From assembly GCA_945865375.1 (NCBI GenBank), contig CAMBEJ010000001.1:8064-72063 (forward strand): DNA of 64,000 nucleotides, written 5' to 3'. Shown here in pieces: positions 58,902 through 64,000 of the stretch. Position numbers and translations under genes: made by a program. The notes below the pieces were generated by a model. That model worked only from the letters and a program-made list of their open reading frames with translations, ran no database searches and was not told the DNA's origin. This DNA is from Akkermansia muciniphila (GTDB lineage Bacteria; Verrucomicrobiota; Verrucomicrobiia; Limisphaerales; F1-80-MAGS106). Every line of letters begins with the position of its first letter. The stretch's first letter is position 1.

Positions 58902-61408
58902 TTTCCGAGAGAAACCAGATTGGCAAACAGCCGATAAGCCCCGGGAACGCCCGCCGGCAATTGCCGGAAAAACGCGAGGCCAGTGTAAACGTAGTAGCCT
59001 TTGCCGTGTCGCGAAATAAGCACGCTGCTCCGGAGCGGCTCCTCGCCGGGATCGTTCATCGCGAGCACCGCCGTGTAGTGTTCGGAGTCCCAGGCGCTCG
59101 GGAAATACGCGCCGCGCTCCTGCACCCAGCCCGTGAAATCCGCCGGGCCAAGTCGATTCGGTTTCGTCAGAGCGGCATGCTCCGGCGCAAGAAAGGACAC
59201 GGGCGAGATCTCGTCCGTCACCCGCAGTTGAGGCGCGTTTCCGGCGATGGATAGAGGATAGGGTCCAAGCTGAGTGGCTTTGAGTCCGGTGGGTCGATTG
59301 TATTGGGCGACGACGGTGCCGCCGTTTTCGACAAAGGAAAACAGCCCGGCGAGGTTGGTCGCGAGGTCCATTCGCTCGTTGAACGCGCGCACACCGATGA
59401 CGACCGCGTCGAGACCGCTGAGTTTGGCCGGCGTCAGGTCGGCACCCGAGAGCGTGGTCACCGTGTAGCCCAGTTGGGCAAGGCTCTCCACGGTGTCATC
59501 GCCCGCACCGGGGATGTAACCGATCGATTTCCCACGGATCGCAAAATCAAACGCCGCAACCCGGAGCCGCGCCGAGGGCTGCAAAAGCTGAACGGGGATG
59601 TGATCGTAACGAATCTCGATGCGCTGGTTGCTGAAGCGCGCTCCGCCCATCTCAGCGATGGCGGTAAGGTCCCCGGAGGCCGGCTGCGTGGGTGCGGTCA
59701 CGGAGAACGCCAGCGTCACCTTCCCTCCAGCATTCGCGAGTTTGAACGGCTGACTGGCTGGCGAGACCGTCCAGCCTGTCGGCGACGCAATGCGGAGCAT
59801 GCCTACCGCGCCGGCTCGCGCCGCCGTGATTTCGACTTCGAATGTTTTCTTCGATCCCGGCGTCAAGAGCGCCACGCTGGAGCCGAAGCGCAGTGACACA
59901 GGTGAAATGATTGCCAGTCGGCGGCCCGGCTTGCCCGCTTCGGTCGCGGCCAACGGCTCATCCGGGACGATGAACTCCTGGCCGCTCACCTCAAAAACAT
60001 ACTCGACCGGAAACGGGGGGGGATTCTCGGGCTGGCCGATGAGCTTCTTGTCGGCCACGCGAAAGATGCCCGCCGCGGGTTCTTCGCGCAACCAGTAGGG
60101 CTGAGTCAGTGGAGTGGCTGCGGGAACGGTGAGCGTCACGTCGCTCGACGTTTTCTGGCCCGGTTTGAGTTCGATTCCCAGCTTGCTTCCACCAAGATGG
60201 GGCACGCGCACTTCGAGCAGCCGCACGGGAATCGTCGAGCGCACCATTGCATGATGGCGGAACGTGAGAAGCTCGCCTGGGACCACTTCAGCCATGGGTG
60301 CCACCGTCTCCACTGACAGGCCCAGGCACGACTGCAGGATCCGGTCAAGTTGCTGCCGCTTATCATTCACGACTGGATCGTTTGCCAGCGCCGCGAGTTT
60401 CGACCGGATAGCCAGCAGCGCGGGCACGCTCGCGGCCGGATCATTAGTGTTGAATCCGGTGATCACGCTTTCCGTGAGCCGACCAATTTCGGTGCCACCG
60501 TTGGGAAAACGCGCCCACGTGAGATCGATCCCGTCCATGATGTCCTTCTGCGCAGGATCCCCGCCGAGCACCGTGAACGTCTGCTCGTTTGGCCCGCCGC
60601 TGCCGCCCCGCCCACCGGAATTGCCGAACCCCTGAGTGATGTGCCTACCGCGACTGCGCGCGGCAATGGCACCAAGCCCCTCCCCGGTCAAGGGATCGTA
60701 ACCGCCGATGTCCAGCCGGACGGTGGGTCCGGTCGCCGCGCCGCCGCCGCGGCCGCCTCCACCGCCATTCCACAACACGCGCTTCGGTTGCCAGGGCGTG
60801 AGGCCCTCCGCGAGTTGCTCCGCGTAAGCCTTGGGATCCGCAGCCAGTTTGAAGGCTTCAAAACCGAGAATGCCTGACGTGGTGTGGTGCCCGTGCCCGC
60901 CGCTGCCCGGCGGGATTGGAAAGCGATTCACGATGACATCAGGCCGGAACTGGCGGATGACGCGCACCACGTCGCCGAGCACCTGGTCGCGGTCCCAGAA
61001 GCGCAGGGTCTCCTCGGGCGTCTTCGAATAGCCGAAGTCAATCGCGCGCGTGAAAAACTGCCGACCCCCGTCGAGACGTCGAGCGGCAAGAAGCTCCTGC
61101 GTGCGGGCAATGCCAAGCTTCTCGCCGAACTCGGGGCCGATTTCGTTTTGCCCGCCGTCGCCACGAGTCAGTGAGAGGTAGGCCGTGCGATAACCGCGTT
61201 TGCGCGCAAAATAGGTGATGAGCTGCGTATTCTCATCATCGGGATGCGCCGCGATGTGGAGCACCGTGGCCACGGTGCCGAAGCTGCGGAGATCCTGCTC
61301 AATGGCGTCGCCGGCCCAGGCAACGCAGGCCAACCCAGCCGATAGGGTCGCGGCAATCACCGCGTTGCGTATAAGGCACCGGGTCATCGAGCAAAGTGCA
61401 GGCATCAC
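58898..61408 (-). CDS. Large secreted PIG-L/LmbE-family deacetylase with C-terminal extension
   Basis: Signal peptide, then LHIAAHPDDENTQLITYFARKRGYRTAYLSLTRGDGGQN ... GGHGHH, followed by about 550 aa ending in a class-I-amidotransferase/ThuA-like region. Confidence 0.8.
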   Translation of the reverse strand: MMPALCSMTRCLIRNAVIAATLSAGLACVAWAGDAIEQDLRSFGTVATVLHIAAHPDDENTQLITYFARKRGYRTAYLSLTRGDGGQNEIGPEFGEKLGIARTQELLAARRLDGGRQFFTRAIDFGYSKTPEETLRFWDRDQVLGDVVRVIRQFRPDVIVNRFPIPPGSGGHGHHTTSGILGFEAFKLAADPKAYAEQLAEGLTPWQPKRVLWNGGGGGRGGGAATGPTVRLDIGGYDPLTGEGLGAIAARSRGRHITQGFGNSGGRGGSGGPNEQTFTVLGGDPAQKDIMDGIDLTWARFPNGGTEIGRLTESVITGFNTNDPAASVPALLAIRSKLAALANDPVVNDKRQQLDRILQSCLGLSVETVAPMAEVVPGELLTFRHHAMVRSTIPVRLLEVRVPHLGGSKLGIELKPGQKTSSDVTLTVPAATPLTQPYWLREEPAAGIFRVADKKLIGQPENPPPFPVEYVFEVSGQEFIVPDEPLAATEAGKPGRRLAIISPVSLRFGSSVALLTPGSKKTFEVEITAARAGAVGMLRIASPTGWTVSPASQPFKLANAGGKVTLAFSVTAPTQPASGDLTAIAEMGGARFSNQRIEIRYDHIPVQLLQPSARLRVAAFDFAIRGKSIGYIPGAGDDTVESLAQLGYTVTTLSGADLTPAKLSGLDAVVIGVRAFNERMDLATNLAGLFSFVENGGTVVAQYNRPTGLKATQLGPYPLSIAGNAPQLRVTDEISPVSFLAPEHAALTKPNRLGPADFTGWVQERGAYFPSAWDSEHYTAVLAMNDPGEEPLRSSVLISRHGKGYYVYTGLAFFRQLPAGVPGAYRLFANLVSLGK

Positions 61409-61517
61409 TCGAAGGAGTCAGCGACTTCCTTCGCCTCGTGGGCTATCACGCTACCCCGACCTTCCACTTTGAGATTCATATCTTCGGGCGCTTGAATTGA
61501 TCGCCGATATCGGCGTC

Positions 61518-62087
61518 CTACTTCTTGACCGTGAACGGCACCGAGAATTGAGTGTTTTCCCACATCAATTTGATCACGCCGCCGCCCGATGAATTTTTCA
61601 CCACGGCCATGTTGAACTGGTCCAGCGGTTTTTCGAGAGTCTCCTTTTTCAGATCCACGCGGGCTAGATCGTTTTTTTCATCCACGGGAACTCCCCACGC
61701 CCCAAGCTTGGTGCCGAAGGCGAGCTTGGACGCGCCGCTTCCTGAAGGGATGGTGTAGAGGGTGTAAGCGCCGGCTGGGATCGTGGTCTCGCCAATCACG
61801 ATCGGCTGCTGTGTGATGAGCATCGTGGCTTCATCCGAGCCGGTGCGCCAAGCCTTGTCCCAAGGCACGAGACCGCCCCAGATGGTTCGAGGCTCGCCGG
61901 TTTTGGGATCCTTTGTAAAGGGTCGGCCGTATGTAATCGTCACCCGGTTTCCGTCGATGACAGCGCTGGTGGTTTCATGCGGGCTGTTGCCCCCGGTGGA
62001 GGCTGCTTTCTTTTGCTGGGCCAGCAGTGGCATGGAGCTGACCAACGTGGCGGCGATGATCGTGAGGATGGATTTTGTCATGTTCAT
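61518..62087 (-). CDS. DUF2911 domain protein (secreted)
   Basis: Signal peptide MNMTKSILTIIAATLVSSMPLLAQQ. Also ITYGRP......R.IWGGLVPWDKAWRTGSDEAT ... IPAGAYTLYTIP. Confidence 0.75.
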   Translation of the reverse strand: MNMTKSILTIIAATLVSSMPLLAQQKKAASTGGNSPHETTSAVIDGNRVTITYGRPFTKDPKTGEPRTIWGGLVPWDKAWRTGSDEATMLITQQPIVIGETTIPAGAYTLYTIPSGSGASKLAFGTKLGAWGVPVDEKNDLARVDLKKETLEKPLDQFNMAVVKNSSGGGVIKLMWENTQFSVPFTVKK

Positions 62088-62258
62088 GGTATCTCTGATA
62101 GACTGTGGTTGATGGATAATTGCAGTCAACGTGAAAAGACACGGCTCACGGACATTGACTTGCCCCTCTTCCAACAGGTTACAGGGACCGCCATGGCCCT
62201 GATGGATCTCCTCTATGATGTCTGTGTTTTTCGCATCAAAAGGAAATGATTTTCCCGG

Positions 62259-62678
62259 TCAATCCTTCGCCCAGTAATCAAGAACGAAAACGTCGTCGAT
62301 CAACGGCCCCACCAATTTACCAAACTCCTTGTGGGCAGGATGGGGAATGTAGGAGTCGCGGTCTTTCTCGGATCGGAAGGTCAGGACGAAGGCATGGGTG
62401 CAGCCTTTGTTCTTTCCCTCGGCACTGTTATTCGTGCCACGTTCGAACTTCTTGATCGCAGGAATCTTTTGCTCCAGTTCACGGAAGGCGGTTTCAACCT
62501 GCTTGATTTGTTCCTGGGTGGTGGCCTCTTTAAATTTGAAAGCCACCACGTGACGGAGCCGGGGCTTTTTTTCATCGGACTTAGCAGGTTTTGAGGATTT
62601 CTCCGCCGTTTTCTCGGCGGCGAGGCCCGCGGTCGCGCAGCCACAGACAAGGACTGCAATCAGGATAAGATAGTTCAT
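62259..62678 (-). CDS. Dabb (stress-responsive alpha/beta barrel) domain protein with signal peptide
   Basis: LRHVVAFKFKE...ETAFRELEQKIPAIKKFERG......GCTHAFVLTFRSEKDRDSYIPHPAHKEF. Confidence 0.78.
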   Translation of the reverse strand: MNYLILIAVLVCGCATAGLAAEKTAEKSSKPAKSDEKKPRLRHVVAFKFKEATTQEQIKQVETAFRELEQKIPAIKKFERGTNNSAEGKNKGCTHAFVLTFRSEKDRDSYIPHPAHKEFGKLVGPLIDDVFVLDYWAKD

Positions 62679-62921
62679 GCGTTCGTGAGTTAAGTTGAGG
62701 GCAGAGGATAGGATGCTCCAGAACAGATTGCAAGTTGAGTCACGTGCCTTGAAGGGTATCGATTCTCAACTTGTTTTGAATATTAAACGTGAATCGTTTG
62801 CGGTGCGTCACCGGTTCATTCAAAGCCCCATATTGGGACCATGAACTCAACTCTGCGCTTCTCCCAGTAGAGCAGAGGGCACGGATCTCCCGCCCCGTCT
62901 TTCATCGGCCTCATTTGCAAG

Positions 62922-64000
62922 TCACGCCTTTGAGCCCATGACATCCGCCAGGAGCTCATTCATCCGATGCACCATGCTCCGAGGGTCCTCAAGCAACCCC
63001 GCCGCAGCCCGCGCATTGTCGAGCAATTGCTCCGCCACCTTGGAAGCCAACGCCGGGTTCTCGTCCCTGACCCTGTTCAATCGCGCCAGCACCACATGAT
63101 TGGGATTGATCTCCAGATCATACTTTGCTTGCTGAGACTCCTTGTTCATGGACTTCAAAATGCGACGCATGCTTGCCGTCATATAACGGTCGCTGTCCAC
63201 CACCAACACCGGGCTTTCCACCAACCGCTTCGAGACGCGCACCTCGGAAACTTTGTCGCCAAGCGACTCTTTCAACCACTTCGCCAGTTCCTCGGCTTGA
63301 GCAACCTCGAGCTTCTCTTCCGAAACCGACTCGGTAGCATCGATTTTGACATCAGCCTTTTCTGCTGATTTCAAGGGCTTCCCATCGAATTCCCGCAAAT
63401 GATCCATGACAAACTCGTCCCAAGGATCCGAGAAAAACAGCACCTCCAGCTTTTGGGCTCGCATCCCCTCATAATACGGACTGGATTCCGCTGACTCACG
63501 AGTGGGGGCGAGCACGTAGTAAATCTCCTTCTGATCCGGACCCATGCGCTTGATGTAGTCGGCGAGGGACGTGGTCTTGCCTTTGTCCAAGGCCGAAGTT
63601 TCGTAGCGAATCAACTTGGCCAGCGCGTCTCGGTGGGTGAAGTCCGTGACGATGCCTTCCTTCAGAAAACGCGAAAATTGTTCGTAGAACTTGTCGTAAG
63701 TTTCCTGATTTTTCTCCGTTTGTTCTTCGAGGAATTTGATGAACCGGCTGCTGAGAACCTTGTTCAACTTTTGCATCAAGGTGCTGTCCTGCATGGTCTC
63801 GCGCGAGATATTCAACGGAAGATCCTCGCTGTCCACAACGCCCTTCAAAAAACGCAGCCACTCTGGGAACAATCCATCGGCCTTGGCCTGGATCAACACG
63901 CGCTTGCAATAAAGATGCACTTCAAGATCCCCTCGCGCCATCCCAGCCTCCTCAAGATTCCGCGGCGGCACGAACAAAACGGCCTGAATTGCAAGAGGTG
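62922..64000 (-). CDS. htpG: Molecular chaperone HtpG (Hsp90), C-terminal part; N-terminus outside window
   Basis: AIQAVLFVP...LYCKRVLIQ...PEWLRFLKGVVDSEDLPLNISRETMQDS... The frame is open to the window edge. Confidence 0.95.
   Translation of the reverse strand, partial: PLAIQAVLFVPPRNLEEAGMARGDLEVHLYCKRVLIQAKADGLFPEWLRFLKGVVDSEDLPLNISRETMQDSTLMQKLNKVLSSRFIKFLEEQTEKNQETYDKFYEQFSRFLKEGIVTDFTHRDALAKLIRYETSALDKGKTTSLADYIKRMGPDQKEIYYVLAPTRESAESSPYYEGMRAQKLEVLFFSDPWDEFVMDHLREFDGKPLKSAEKADVKIDATESVSEEKLEVAQAEELAKWLKESLGDKVSEVRVSKRLVESPVLVVDSDRYMTASMRRILKSMNKESQQAKYDLEINPNHVVLARLNRVRDENPALASKVAEQLLDNARAAAGLLEDPRSMVHRMNELLADVMGSKA

Noticed and set aside
62705-62733. Minus-strand TTGCAA-17 nt-TATCCT upstream of the Dabb gene, as a sigma-70-type promoter.
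   Set aside because: The spacing is plausible, but this is a weak match found by eye in a phylum whose promoter consensus I cannot assume. It is not reported as a feature.
62740-62835. Sigma-32-like boxes (CTTGAA ... CCCCATAT) in the spacer between the Dabb gene and htpG.
   Set aside because: Both boxes are on the plus strand, while both neighbouring genes are on the minus strand. The boxes are also about 75 nt apart rather than 13-17.

Overview
GC-rich chromosomal window from a PVC-superphylum bacterium. Gene content points to Verrucomicrobiota or Planctomycetota: DUF1592+DUF1552 and PSCyt/DUF1549/DUF1553+DUF1501 gene pairs, a prepilin-type N-terminal protein and a propeller-type sensor kinase. 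It holds about 50 protein genes and one tRNA-Ala(GGC). I saw no rRNA, CRISPR, transposase or integrase. Housekeeping genes are intact: lolCDE-like, clpB, gcvP, gnd, kdgK-like, sufT, htpG, an S41 protease and bacillithiol bshA/bshB. Four things stand out. (1) A family of interspersed palindromic elements is built on (TAATCG)n/(CGATTA)n hexamer stems. One copy (38991-39494) carries a four-helix-bundle, 23S-IVS-type ORF as its loop. Three others, near 12.1, 18.3 and 52.0 kb, are ORF-less miniatures or a solo arm. (2) A second short repeat family shares the end motif CAGCAGTTCYCATTTT. (3) In-frame stops and frameshifts are unusually dense but confined to signalling and surface genes, while every large housekeeping ORF is intact. 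The affected loci are a five-gene phosphorelay cluster at 19-23.4 kb, a tRNA-adjacent kinase remnant, a 3.5-kb FecR-TPR-beta-barrel gene and a gene with a poly-G tract. (4) A six-gene, translationally coupled operon joins a large PIG-L deacetylase, an untracked 49-aa membrane peptide, an SSS transporter, a half-size BshC-like protein, bshB and bshA. All calls rest on reading the translations and DNA by eye; no database search was run.
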